From the NCBI GenBank assembly GCA_963790025.1, contig CAWBMP010000002.1:640001-704000 (forward strand): a stretch of DNA of 64,000 bases, read 5' to 3'. Positions 30,581 through 40,094 of this stretch are shown here, one piece after another. The stretch is from Nitrospirota bacterium (lineage in GTDB: Bacteria > Nitrospirota > Thermodesulfovibrionia > Thermodesulfovibrionales > Dissulfurispiraceae). The number at the start of each line of letters is the position of its first letter. The stretch's first letter is position 1. Below the pieces are notes generated by a model. The model was given only the letters and a program-made list of their open reading frames with translations. It was not told the origin of the DNA and made no database searches. The translations under genes were made by a program, and so were the position numbers.

Positions 30581-31489
30581 ATGAGGAAAATATTAATACT
30601 GCTTATGGCACTTTTATGTGTTGGTGCCTGTTCAAAAGGCGGAGGCTTACAGGGCAATTACTTAGTAAAGATTGATGGTACGACCCTCACCAAGGAAGAT
30701 GTGCAGGCCGAAATGAATGCACTGCCTGAAATGGCAAAAGAATTCTTTCAGGGGCCTGAAGGTACCGCACGGTTTGTCGACGAACTGACTAAAAAAGAAA
30801 TGCTGTATCTCGAAGCCAAGAAAAAAGGCCTCGATAAGAATAAGGACTTTGAAAGAAAAGTGGAAGATTTCAGGAAGATTACCCTGATTAACGAACTGCT
30901 CGAAAAAGAAATAGAGGCATCGTCAAAGATCAGCGAGAAGGACGCCCAGGACTTTTACAATAGCCATAAAGATGATTTTATGATGCACAATCAAATCAAG
31001 CTGAGCCAGATAGTGGTTCAAAATGAAGCCGATGCAAAAAAAGCTTATGAACAACTCAAGAATGGCGCGGACTTCGCAAAAGTGGCTTCCACAATGTCGA
31101 CTGATAAAAAGTCTGCGAAGTCAGGAGGCGACATGGGTTCCTTTAAGAAAGGGGAGCTTACCCCTGAAATCGACCAGGTGGCCTTCAGATTGAAGAAGGG
31201 AGAAGTCAGCATGCCGGTAAGCTTAAAGGACGGCATTCATATTTTTAAAGTAACCGATGTAAAGGGACCGATTGTTGAATACGATAAGGTCAAGGGAATG
31301 ATCATGCAGCGTCTTACAGCCGAAAAGCAGAAAAGCAGCTTTGATAACTATATAGAGGGCCTCAAAAAGACTTACAAGGTTGAAATTAACAAGGACGAAC
31401 TTGCAAAGATGACTGCCGCACCGAAGGCGGCGCCAGCACCTCAAACGCCGCCTGTTACACAACCGGCACCCGCACCGGAGAAAAAATAA
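30581..31489 (+). CDS. PpiC/PrsA-type peptidyl-prolyl isomerase lipoprotein
   Basis: Lipobox VGAC; parvulin motif FAKVA..S.D..SAKSGGDMG. Confidence 0.85.
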   Translation: MRKILILLMALLCVGACSKGGGLQGNYLVKIDGTTLTKEDVQAEMNALPEMAKEFFQGPEGTARFVDELTKKEMLYLEAKKKGLDKNKDFERKVEDFRKITLINELLEKEIEASSKISEKDAQDFYNSHKDDFMMHNQIKLSQIVVQNEADAKKAYEQLKNGADFAKVASTMSTDKKSAKSGGDMGSFKKGELTPEIDQVAFRLKKGEVSMPVSLKDGIHIFKVTDVKGPIVEYDKVKGMIMQRLTAEKQKSSFDNYIEGLKKTYKVEINKDELAKMTAAPKAAPAPQTPPVTQPAPAPEKK

Positions 31490-31496
31490 TTATAAA

Positions 31497-31553
31497 GCTC
31501 ATAGTTCATAGCTCATAAACAGCATTCAACTGCCAAGAGCTATGAACTATGAG
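31497..31553. repeat. Inverted heptamer arms (GCTCATA/TATGAGC type)
   Basis: gctcatagttcatagctc ... gagctatgaactatgag. Confidence 0.8.
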
Positions 31554-31619
31554 ACAGATTTTGCACTTCAACTAATTCATCACCGTCCCCTCTCCCTCAC
31601 ATTCCCAAAGTTATTTGAA

Positions 31620-32387
31620 TAAATGGGACGGTTCTATTTTTCCTCATTTCTCTCCTTCTTTGGCCGCCCTTTCCTCCGTATCATTTCTTCAAGCGTAAAT
31701 CTCTTCTGCAGCATCGCCACGAAAGCCTCGTTCCCATACACTGCTTTCCGCTCCATCTCGCCTTTCATAGCTTCTTTTTCGGTAAGCATTCCCTTCACAA
31801 ATTCCCTGTATTTTATCCTCCGCTCCGCCTCGCTCTCCGACAATTACTCATATATTACGTGCTCATCTACTAACAAGTCCTCTCTCCCATGGCCATATGC
31901 CCGGTAGCTGCTCCACCGATACTCCTTCGGATCATCTACCATTTGCGCCCTTACCGGATTAAGCTCCACATAGCTTCCACAGGCAAGCAGATAATTATCT
32001 TTCGATATTATTATGCTCTTGTACCGGTCTTGCCAGAAATGCCCAATATGCCTGTACTTTCCCTTGTAATACTGAGCATAAGAAAGATTGACGCCCTTCA
32101 TGATCTCCGCCAGACTGCCTCCATTTACTACTGTCTCAACCACCAAATGCACGTGATTAGTCATAAGCACATAATGATAAAGCTTGTAGCCATACTTTTC
32201 TTTATACTTAAGCAATATCTCGATATATCTCTCATAATCCCTTTCATATTGAAATATGTTCTGTCGATTGTTTCCTCTCGTCAGAACATGATATATATGC
32301 TCACTCGGAGCTATACGCGCTGTTCTCGGCATTCTAAACTGTCACCGCCACCCTGTTTCTCTCAAAAAAATAGAACCGTCCCATTTA
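31620..32387 (-). mobile_element. RAYT element copy 1, bounded by perfect 22-bp inverted repeats
   Basis: TAAATGGGACGGTTCTATTTTT (31620-31641) and its reverse complement (32366-32387). Confidence 0.85.
31634..32332 (-). CDS. REP-associated tyrosine (Y1/HUH) transposase, split by an in-frame TAA at 31844-31846
   Basis: MPRTAR..YHVLTRGNNRQ, MTNHVHL (HUH), YVELNPVRA, YRWSSY; the 69-aa tail continues in the same frame. Confidence 0.9.
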
Positions 32388-32468
32388 ATCTTCTTCATCG
32401 TGTAAATTGCCTTAAATTTATTCCGCAAATGTACCCGTCCTATTTAATCTTCCATTTAATCTTGCCGT

Positions 32469-32822
32469 TTATCTTGTTCTCTGGAATTCTCTTCTAAACT
32501 CCCAAACAAATGCTATTACTAAAAAGATCGACATAATTATATTAAGTGGATACCCGAACCATAAAAACATGCAAAGGATGCCATATGAATGAAACAGAAC
32601 AAGGTGATATTTCTTTAATTTATTTTTCTTTTTATGCTCAAACAATTTAATAGCAATAACATAGCCGACCATACTGCCTGAAATAATTATTGATCTCGAC
32701 GCATATTTCCCACCCATAAAAGTAGCAATAAGGTTTGCTAAAAAAATAATGATCGATAATGCAAGTCCCCAGTTTATATATTTAGAATAAAATTGATTAA
32801 TGTTTTTATTTTCCATATACAT
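32469..32822 (-). CDS. Small AT-rich multi-TM hypothetical protein (immunity-protein-like cargo)
   Basis: 117 aa with about four hydrophobic segments, located between two RAYT copies. Confidence 0.6.
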   Translation of the reverse strand: MYMENKNINQFYSKYINWGLALSIIIFLANLIATFMGGKYASRSIIISGSMVGYVIAIKLFEHKKKNKLKKYHLVLFHSYGILCMFLWFGYPLNIIMSIFLVIAFVWEFRREFQRTR

Positions 32823-32846
32823 AACCTATCTTTTTCTATAACTGAA

Positions 32847-33612
32847 TAAATGGGACGGTTCTATTTTTCCTCATTTCTCTCCTTCTTGGGTCGCCCTTTC
32901 CTCCGTATCATTTCTTCAAGCGCAAATCTCTTCTGCAGCATCGCCACGAAAGCCTCGTTCCCATACACTGCTTTCCGCTCCATCTCGCCTTTCATAGCTT
33001 CTTTTTCGGTAAGCATTCCCTTCACAAATTCCCTGTATTTTATCCTCCGCTCCGCCTCGCTCTCCGACAATTACTCATATATTACGTGCTCATCTACTAA
33101 CAAGTCCTCTCTCCCATGGCCATATGCCCGGTAGCTGCTCCACCGATACTCCTTCGGATCATCTACCATTTGCGCCCTTACCGGATTAAGCTCCACATAG
33201 CTTCCACAGGCAAGCAGATAATTATCTTTCGATATTATTATGCTCTTGTACCGGTCTTGCCAGAAATGCCCAATATGCCTGTACTTTCCCTTGTAATACT
33301 GAGCATAAGAAAGATTGACGCCCTTCATGATCTCCGCCAGACTGCCTCCATTTACTACTGTCTCAACCACCAAATGCACGTGATTAGTCATAAGCACATA
33401 ATGATAAAGCTTGTAGCCATACTTTTCTTTATACTTAAGCAATATCTCGATATATCTCTCATAATCCCTTTCATATTGAAATATGTTCTGTCGATTGTTT
33501 CCTCTCGTCAGAACATGATATATATGCTCACTCGGAGCTATACGCGCTGTTCTCGGCATTCTAAACTGTCACCGCCACCCTGTTTCTCTCAAAAAATAGA
33601 ACCGTCCCATTA
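32847..33612 (-). mobile_element. RAYT element copy 2, near-identical to copy 1
   Basis: Same inverted repeats (32847-32868; 33592-33612, one T shorter); only a few substitutions versus copy 1. Confidence 0.85.
32861..33559 (-). CDS. RAYT/Y1 transposase copy 2, same in-frame TAA (33071-33073)
   Basis: The 162-aa part is identical to copy 1. Confidence 0.9.
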
Positions 33613-33619
33613 ATCTTCT

Positions 33620-33960
33620 TCACCCGCCAATTACCGCGCCGCCTATCGTTCCCAATGGCCCCGCGAGTGAACCAATTGCCGTTCCAACTTCAAGTCCGAT
33701 GCTTGACCCGAATGTTGTTCCAACATATTTACCTGCCGCTCCATCTAGAGTTCCGCCAATTATATTTCCAATTAGTTCACCTGTTCCGGCTGAATTGAAA
33801 ATGTTTTTTCCTGTATCCTTGGCAATGCCCCATCCAAAACCGGCATTTGAATTAGCATAGTTTGAAATAGAATTCATAGCACTATCAATAGTCGGCACAG
33901 TCGGCGTTGGTGGTGGCGGTGGTGGCGTGTATGTACCTCCCCCTCCGCCGCCGTTATTTC
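33620..33960 (-). pseudogene. Gly/Pro-linker plus glycine-zipper fragment (Rhs/polymorphic-toxin-tip-like)
   Basis: Frame reads NGGGGGGTYTPPPPPPTPTVPTIDS...GTAIGSLAGPLGTIGGAVIGG*; both ends abut CCATT(T)AATC motifs. Confidence 0.5.
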
Positions 33961-33963
33961 CAT

Positions 33964-34116
33964 TTAATCCCTTTCATCTTTAAATATGTTCTGTCAATTG
34001 TTTCCTCTCGTCAGAACGTGATATATATGCTCACTCGGAGCTATACGCGCTGTTCTCGGCATTCTAAACTGTCACCACCACCCTGTTTCTCTCAAAAAAT
34101 AGAACCGTCCCATTTA
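33964..34116 (-). pseudogene. RAYT copy 3: 5' fragment with one inverted repeat and an early TGA
   Basis: MPRTARIAPSEHIYHVLTRGNN*; repeat at 34095-34116. Confidence 0.85.
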
Positions 34117-34227
34117 ACGCATGACGGAGCTGTCAAAATCGCGTTCCAATCTGAATCCATTTTGGGACAGCCTGCCGTCCCATTTAATTCTTATTTCGTA
34201 AATGTACCCGTCCCATTTTATTTTTCT

Positions 34228-34560
34228 CTACTTGTATCTTGTGATATCGGGCTCTTTCTTAATAAGATCGATTAGTAGTAATATTACAACTATCCCATAG
34301 ATAATAATTAGAGATATGAATGAGCTTGAAGCTGGTTGCCTCGTCAGTATTGCATAGACGACGACTAAGGCAATTACAATCTTTATTACGGTAATTTTTA
34401 AAATGCCGTATTTTATTTGCAGCTTATAATATCTATTCTCTATTAACGGCTTATAAGACTTTGTAAGAATAAGCAGCACCGCATCAAGGAGCACAAATAG
34501 AACAAGGCTACTCACTTCTATGATCCTCAGCAAGTGATCAAATTTTACTAATGTTTCCAT
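34228..34560 (-). CDS. Small AT-rich TM hypothetical protein (immunity-like cargo)
   Basis: 110 aa with about three hydrophobic segments; followed by CGTCCCATTT motifs. Confidence 0.6.
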   Translation of the reverse strand: METLVKFDHLLRIIEVSSLVLFVLLDAVLLILTKSYKPLIENRYYKLQIKYGILKITVIKIVIALVVVYAILTRQPASSSFISLIIIYGIVVILLLIDLIKKEPDITRYK

Positions 34561-34566
34561 ATTCGT

Positions 34567-34896
34567 TTACCTTCTATACCACCACTTTTTCAGAGTGTCG
34601 ATTCTCCTTCCAATCCGCTCTGCCATCCCCTGATATTCTACTGACATCGCACCAACGACCTCGCGAGTTTTATTAATTTTGTCATATCCAATATCTACTG
34701 CTGTTGGAATATTTAACGCCTCGCCAATTCGGTACCCAAGATAATTTTCCATTGCGTGAGACCCACTAATTTTAGCAGCCTCCCATACGACAACTCCAAA
34801 TCTGCCTATTCTTCGGAGAAGTTTCTGGAAACGTGAAAATGAACTAAGAAGCCTCCTATGAATATCGGAGCAACAATTAAAAATAACCGGAGCCAA
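34567..34896 (-). CDS. Hypothetical protein or gene fragment directly upstream of the TM gene
   Basis: ORF track; the 5' part looks chimeric with a short TM ORF starting at ~34928. Confidence 0.4.
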   Translation of the reverse strand: MAPVIFNCCSDIHRRLLSSFSRFQKLLRRIGRFGVVVWEAAKISGSHAMENYLGYRIGEALNIPTAVDIGYDKINKTREVVGAMSVEYQGMAERIGRRIDTLKKWWYRR

Positions 34897-35261
34897 CTTA
34901 TTATTTTTCCTTTTTTTCTACGGTCCATAAATTTCTTTTAAGCTATTTAGAAAAATAGTCATATTCCTTATCTAAACATTTATAACAACTATGAGCAAAA
35001 TCAAAAGCAATTCCAATTTGAGAAGCTCTTCCTCCCCAATTTAAAAGTCCTCTAACTATTGAGGACTGCATTGGTTTTATCAAGAAAGGCGTCCCAATTT
35101 TTGATGGCGTAGTTGCAGCGTGACGCCAAGCGACATAATTAAATGTTCCCGCCGCTCCTTTGCCAGCTACTTTAAATCATTTTTTCTTCAGTAAGTTAAA
35201 GCACGATTGGCCGCCTGTCAATTTTCGTTGCTTTGTAAAAAAAAGTTGCAGGGGTGCTTAC

Positions 35262-36641
35262 CTATTTCCCTATACAAAACTCGCTGAATATTTTATTAAG
35301 AATATCATCTGTGGTAACAGCGCCGATTATAGTTCCCAAATGGTCCAGTGCATCCCGCAGGTACATGGCTATAATCTCAAGTGGAATGTCGTTTTCAAAT
35401 GACTTTACTGCCTCGGAAAGGGCTTGAGCTGCACGGTCGAGTGAATGCTTGTGTCTGATATTGGTAATAAGAGGAATTTCCGCATCCATAGGAACTCCTG
35501 AAGAAGTACACCTGCAATAGATCATGTCTTTCAGCTCCTCAATTCCCTCTCCGGTCAATGCCGATGCCATAACGAAATGCCTCAACCCCTCAGGAATAGC
35601 GAAGTCAGGAGACCGGATATCACACTTATTAATAAGAACGATTGTTTTCTTATGAGCAACAGCTGCAATGAGTTGTTCATCGGCCTTGTCAAGGGGCATG
35701 CTGCTGTCCAGCACAGCGATAACGATATCGGCGCCCTCAATGGCCTTCAGGCTCCTTTTTATACCCTCCGTTTCGGCAAGATTATGGGTCTCCCGAATGC
35801 CGGCCGTATCCATAATACGGAGCGGCAGACCCTTGATATTCAGAGTGTCTTCTATGACATCCCTGGTAGTGCCGGGCATTTCAGTAACGATTGCCCGGTC
35901 CTTTTCTAGAAGTGTGTTCATCAGCGATGATTTTCCAACATTGGGTTTTCCTACAATAGCGGTTGCGACCCCATCTCTGAAAAATCTGCCGTCTTCGTAT
36001 CCGGCTGAAAGGTCTGCCAGCTCCGTGCCGATAGCTCTTAATGTATCAATGACTTCAACCTTCCTGACTGTTTCAATTTCATCCTCAGGAAAATCGATCT
36101 GTGCCTCCACGTATGCGCACAATGTCGTTACACGGTCCTGCAGCGCAGATATTCTCTGTGAGAGCTTCCCTTCAAGCTGGGCCAGGGCGAAACGTTCAGC
36201 CTGTTCCGATCGGGCCTTTATGACATCAATAACCGCTTCTGCCTGAGAGAGGTCTATTCTGCCGTTCAAGAAAGCCCTTTTGGTGAATTCTCCGGGCTCA
36301 GCTATTCTGGCGCCTTCACTGAGGAGAAGCTGGAGCACTGTTTTAAGAGGAAGCATGCCGCCGTGGCAATTGATTTCAACCACATCCTCCCTTGTGTATG
36401 TCCTGGGTGCCCGCATAACTGTAACCAGCACTTCGTCGACTTTCACCCCCCGGGCAGGATCGACAATAAATCCATATGTTATGGTATGTGATGCCGCATC
36501 CCTCAGTCTTTTAGTCGGCGTTGTCAAAAAGATACGGCCGGCTATATCAACCGCACCTTTTCCACTAAGTCGGATAATGCCTATCCCACCCTCGCCTATT
36601 GGAGTGGCTATTGCCGCAATTGTATCGTCAGGATAGATCAT
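35262..36641 (-). CDS. mnmE: tRNA modification GTPase MnmE
   Basis: DTIAAIATP, GKPNVGKSS, DTAGIR and terminal FCIGK. Confidence 0.97.
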   Translation of the reverse strand: MIYPDDTIAAIATPIGEGGIGIIRLSGKGAVDIAGRIFLTTPTKRLRDAASHTITYGFIVDPARGVKVDEVLVTVMRAPRTYTREDVVEINCHGGMLPLKTVLQLLLSEGARIAEPGEFTKRAFLNGRIDLSQAEAVIDVIKARSEQAERFALAQLEGKLSQRISALQDRVTTLCAYVEAQIDFPEDEIETVRKVEVIDTLRAIGTELADLSAGYEDGRFFRDGVATAIVGKPNVGKSSLMNTLLEKDRAIVTEMPGTTRDVIEDTLNIKGLPLRIMDTAGIRETHNLAETEGIKRSLKAIEGADIVIAVLDSSMPLDKADEQLIAAVAHKKTIVLINKCDIRSPDFAIPEGLRHFVMASALTGEGIEELKDMIYCRCTSSGVPMDAEIPLITNIRHKHSLDRAAQALSEAVKSFENDIPLEIIAMYLRDALDHLGTIIGAVTTDDILNKIFSEFCIGK

Positions 36642-36662
36642 AACAGGATGCTTTAAATGGAA

Positions 36663-37601
36663 TTACCCGGCTTTTCGCGTCTCCACATAATACGCCGCAG
36701 CCAGCGCCGCTGTGCACCCGTCAGCTGCCGCAACCACAATCTGGTTGGCAAACTTGCGCCTTAAGTCCCCGGCAGCGAAGATGCCCGGCACGCTGGTCTC
36801 ACACTTCTCGCTTGTAATTACATAACCCTGTTCGTCTATGTGGATCGCGGGAGGGATCAATTGATTATTTGGAGAATTGCCGATAAAAATAAAGACCCCG
36901 TCCGTCGGTATTTCTCCCTTTTCACCGGTCGCAGTATTTTCGAAAGAGACAGCGTTGACAGTTCTCCCGTTTCCCTTTATTTCCGTAATTATCGTATCCC
37001 AGATTACTTCGATTCCCGGCTCGGCCATAAGACGACTTTGGAGTATGTTGGTTGCCCGCAAAGTATTTTTCCGATGAACAAGGTATACTTTTTTCACCAG
37101 CCTTGATAGATAAAGCGCTTCCTCGACAGCGGTATCTCCCCCGCCGATGACAACTACGGTCTTATCTCTGAAGAAGAACCCGTCGCAAGTAGCACAGTAT
37201 GAAACACCTGTTCCGAAGTATTCCGCTTCGCCGGGGATGCCGAGCTTTCGCAAGGTAGCGCCCAATGCAAAAATAAGGGCCACAGTGTGGAACACATCAC
37301 CATTGCCAAGCATGACCGAGTGAAAATCGGGGCCTGAATTGACTGCCGCAACCTCCTGCTGGACAAGGTTCAGGCCAAAGGACTGGGCATGATGGACCAG
37401 TTTTTCTGCCAGATCAAAACCGGTTATGCCCTCCAGGCCGGGGTAGTTCTCCACCTCTTTTGATATTGCAATCTGGCCTCCGGGCAGCCCTTTCTCGAAA
37501 AGGACCGTTTTCAGCGCGGCCCTTTGGCAATAAAGCCCTGCAGTGAGCCCTGCCGGCCCCCCTCCAATAATGATTACTTCATATGTATCGTTAACAGCCA
37601 T
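36663..37601 (-). CDS. trxB: Thioredoxin-disulfide reductase
   Basis: GGGPAG, CATCDG and GGGDTAVEEA motifs. Confidence 0.95.
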   Translation of the reverse strand: MAVNDTYEVIIIGGGPAGLTAGLYCQRAALKTVLFEKGLPGGQIAISKEVENYPGLEGITGFDLAEKLVHHAQSFGLNLVQQEVAAVNSGPDFHSVMLGNGDVFHTVALIFALGATLRKLGIPGEAEYFGTGVSYCATCDGFFFRDKTVVVIGGGDTAVEEALYLSRLVKKVYLVHRKNTLRATNILQSRLMAEPGIEVIWDTIITEIKGNGRTVNAVSFENTATGEKGEIPTDGVFIFIGNSPNNQLIPPAIHIDEQGYVITSEKCETSVPGIFAAGDLRRKFANQIVVAAADGCTAALAAAYYVETRKAG

Positions 37602-37845
37602 AATGTTTCTCCACCTGATGATATTAAGCTTATCATTGGGTCAATATTCAGTCAATCATCTACTAATAATATACGGTGTCGAGCAGTCAGGCCACAGTGC
37701 TTCAGCTAAATTTCGCAAGGCGTCCAGCCTTGCTCAAAGGCGCGGCAGCCTGTTCAGCCATCCATGGCGTCTCAGGCTGCCGATGCCCGCCTCAGCACTA
37801 TGTCCTGCCTGCTCTTGGAGAGAATTTATCAATAATAAAGAAAAA

Positions 37846-37965
37846 AGGGTTTCGTACGAAGTCCATAGGCAAGGCGCAAATCCTGACGAATGAGGCCGAG
37901 CACTCAACACGTTACTCATAAGCGATTTGAGTGCTCGGCAGTATATGGGCTTTTTACGAAACCCT
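37846..37965. mobile_element. MITE-like element with ~22-bp imperfect TIRs and an internal hairpin
   Basis: agggtttcgtacgaagtccata ... tatgggctttttacgaaaccct; internal gccgagcactcaa..ttgagtgctcggc; overlaps the yidC stop. Confidence 0.75.
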
Positions 37966-39502
37966 ACGCGGTTTTTTTTGCGAGCTTCCGGTTGGTATAG
38001 AACTGCTGTCCAATACTCAGCACATTATTCACAAGCCAGTACAGCACAAGGCCCGAGGGGAAGCTCAGAAACATGAACGTAAAGACGACAGGCATAATCA
38101 TCATCATTTTCTGCTGCATCGGGTCCATGGAGGATGGCGTCATCTTCTGCTGTATAACCATGGTGATTCCCATAACTATCGGCATGACATATGTGGGGTC
38201 CTTCAGGGAAAGATCGTGGATCCAGAACGCGAAGGGCGCCCCCCTCAGCTCAATCGAGATAAGAAGCACCTTGTACAAAGCAAAAAAGACCGGGATCTGA
38301 AGCAGCATAGGCAGACAGCCGCCCATCGGGTTCACCTTGTGCTTTTTGTAAAGCTCCATAATCTCCCGCTGCATTCTCTGCGGGTCACTTTTATATTTCT
38401 CCCTGACCTCAGCCATTCTGGGTTGTATATCCTGCAGCTTCTTCATGGATTGCTGCCCTTTATTTACAAGTGGAATAAACGGGATCCTCACAAGAGTGGT
38501 AAGAATGATAATGGCAATCCCGTAGTTGTGCGAAATCTTATAGAACAATTTTAAAACCCAGAACAACGGACGGGCAATGATAGAGAAAAAGCCGAAATCA
38601 ATCACATACTCGAGCCCTACATGATATTGCTGAAGCCGGTCGTTTTCTTTAGGACCGTTATATATCTTATATGTATTTACCCCGCTTTTGAATTGAGCGG
38701 CAACCAGAGCGTCGGCATTTTTGTCCCAGACCTTTACTTCATCGACTGCCTCTCCGGGAATAAGGGAAGAAAAGAAATACTTATCTTCCTGGGCAATCCA
38801 TTTGACGCCCTCTTTAAAGATCTTAGCCTCTTTCAATTTGGGCACTGAAAATTCAAGCCTGTCGGCATCTTTCAATACCACGGGTCCGAAGTGCACTTTA
38901 CTGTCTTTATCATAAATGCCGAAATCCTTTCCCAGGGTTATCCAGTATGTCGGAAGACCGGTTATTTCATCTTTCAGGTCAATAGCGTAGTCATCGTAAT
39001 GAAAAGTATAGGTACGGCGGATCGAAGTGCTCCCATCTGAATAGTCAAAGGCAAGTGAGGCAGTATTTATCCTGGGAGTGAGTTTGACATTGCTTCCGCG
39101 AACCAGAAAAGGGGCATGAGCGAACTGGAATCCATCATCCGCCCCAATCGAAAACGGGGGTAAGGCCTCATCCCGCATTAATACTATCGGGTTCCCTTTA
39201 TTATCTTTGTACTGCTTGAGCAGTATGCTTTTTATGGTGCCTCCCATGGAGCTGAAGGTGGCCGTATACAGATCATTCTCCACCACCACTTCTCTTTCTC
39301 CTTCGGACGCATTTATCTTTGGGATTGACGCAGGAGCGTTAGCAGAAGCCTGTTTCATTTCCTCCTTAGTGGGTTCTTTAGAGGATTCCCTGGCAATATT
39401 TCCGCTCGTTACCGGAGGTGCTGGGGGTTTCACAAAAAAATACTGGTATACGAGGAGTATGGCAATAGAAATAGTAATTGCAAGCAACGTCCTTTTTTCC
39501 AT
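37964..39502 (-). CDS. yidC: Membrane protein insertase YidC
   Basis: IDFGFF, NPMGGCLP and GLVLYWLVNN motifs. Confidence 0.97.
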   Translation of the reverse strand: MEKRTLLAITISIAILLVYQYFFVKPPAPPVTSGNIARESSKEPTKEEMKQASANAPASIPKINASEGEREVVVENDLYTATFSSMGGTIKSILLKQYKDNKGNPIVLMRDEALPPFSIGADDGFQFAHAPFLVRGSNVKLTPRINTASLAFDYSDGSTSIRRTYTFHYDDYAIDLKDEITGLPTYWITLGKDFGIYDKDSKVHFGPVVLKDADRLEFSVPKLKEAKIFKEGVKWIAQEDKYFFSSLIPGEAVDEVKVWDKNADALVAAQFKSGVNTYKIYNGPKENDRLQQYHVGLEYVIDFGFFSIIARPLFWVLKLFYKISHNYGIAIIILTTLVRIPFIPLVNKGQQSMKKLQDIQPRMAEVREKYKSDPQRMQREIMELYKKHKVNPMGGCLPMLLQIPVFFALYKVLLISIELRGAPFAFWIHDLSLKDPTYVMPIVMGITMVIQQKMTPSSMDPMQQKMMMIMPVVFTFMFLSFPSGLVLYWLVNNVLSIGQQFYTNRKLAKKTA

Positions 39503-39520
39503 TATAAAAATCCTTTACAT

Positions 39521-39730
39521 TTATTTTACCGGGTCATATCCGCCCGGATGAAATGGATGGCACTTTAAAATTCTTTTAATGGTAAGATAGCTGCCTTTAA
39601 ACGCGCCATACTCTTCTAAGGCCTCGATGGAATACTCTGAACATGACGGCGTAAATCTGCAACTGGAAGGCAATACAGGTGAAATCAAATACCTGTATAA
39701 TTTCACCAGGACAATTATAAGCGTCTTCAC
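39521..39730 (-). CDS. yidD: Membrane protein insertion efficiency factor YidD
   Basis: [22 protein letters not shown]; likely GTG start at 39730. Confidence 0.93.
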   Translation of the reverse strand: MKTLIIVLVKLYRYLISPVLPSSCRFTPSCSEYSIEALEEYGAFKGSYLTIKRILKCHPFHPGGYDPVK

Positions 39731-39755
39731 TGCCCAAAGCCCCCTATCACACCCA

Positions 39756-39798
39756 CTGAGCACTCAAATCGCCATAAGCAGCGTGTTGAGTGCTCGGC
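39756..39798. repeat. Palindrome matching the internal hairpin of the 37846-37965 element
   Basis: ctgagcactcaaatcg...cgtgttgagtgctcggc. Confidence 0.8.
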
Positions 39799-39801
39799 TG
39801 G

Positions 39802-39942
39802 TCAGCCTGCCAAACGTTTCCTGCCCTTCGCCCTTCTGTTCTTCAGCACCTTTCTGCCGCCGGTAGTGCTAATACGAGTACGAAAGCCGTGGGTCTTTTT
39901 CCTTCTGCTTTTATGCGGATTATATGTTGTATATGTTCCCAT
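39802..39942 (-). CDS. rpmH: 50S ribosomal protein L34 (not in the ORF track)
   Basis: [46 protein letters not shown], preceded by GGAGG. Confidence 0.95.
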   Translation of the reverse strand: MGTYTTYNPHKSRRKKTHGFRTRISTTGGRKVLKNRRAKGRKRLAG

Positions 39943-39976
39943 TTTAACTGCCCTCCGCTAGAAATATCGAACACAA

Positions 39977-40006
39977 ATTATAAATTCTTCAACAACATAA
40001 TGTCAA
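39977..40006 (-). promoter_or_regulatory. Sigma70 promoter of rpmH (TTGACA-18-TATAAT)
   Basis: Consensus hexamers on the minus strand. Confidence 0.75.
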
Positions 40007-40018
40007 CAACAAAGACGG

Positions 40019-40092
40019 GTTGGTAGTGGTACAGTTTGTTTTTGCTCCGGATCAAATAGTCTTTGGCAAAAACAAACTGACCCACTGCCAAC
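40019..40092. repeat. REP-like long palindrome after the livK-like gene
   Basis: gttggtagtggtacagtttgtttttgc / gcaaaaacaaactgacccactgccaac. Confidence 0.75.
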
Positions 40093-40094
40093 GG

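Noticed and set aside
31580..35100. CRISPR array or classical integron
   Set aside because: Repeats are irregularly spaced and in both orientations; no cas genes, tyrosine integrase or attC-like sites were recognised.
39943..40094. oriC next to rpmH
   Set aside because: No dnaA gene and no DnaA-box cluster in this interval.
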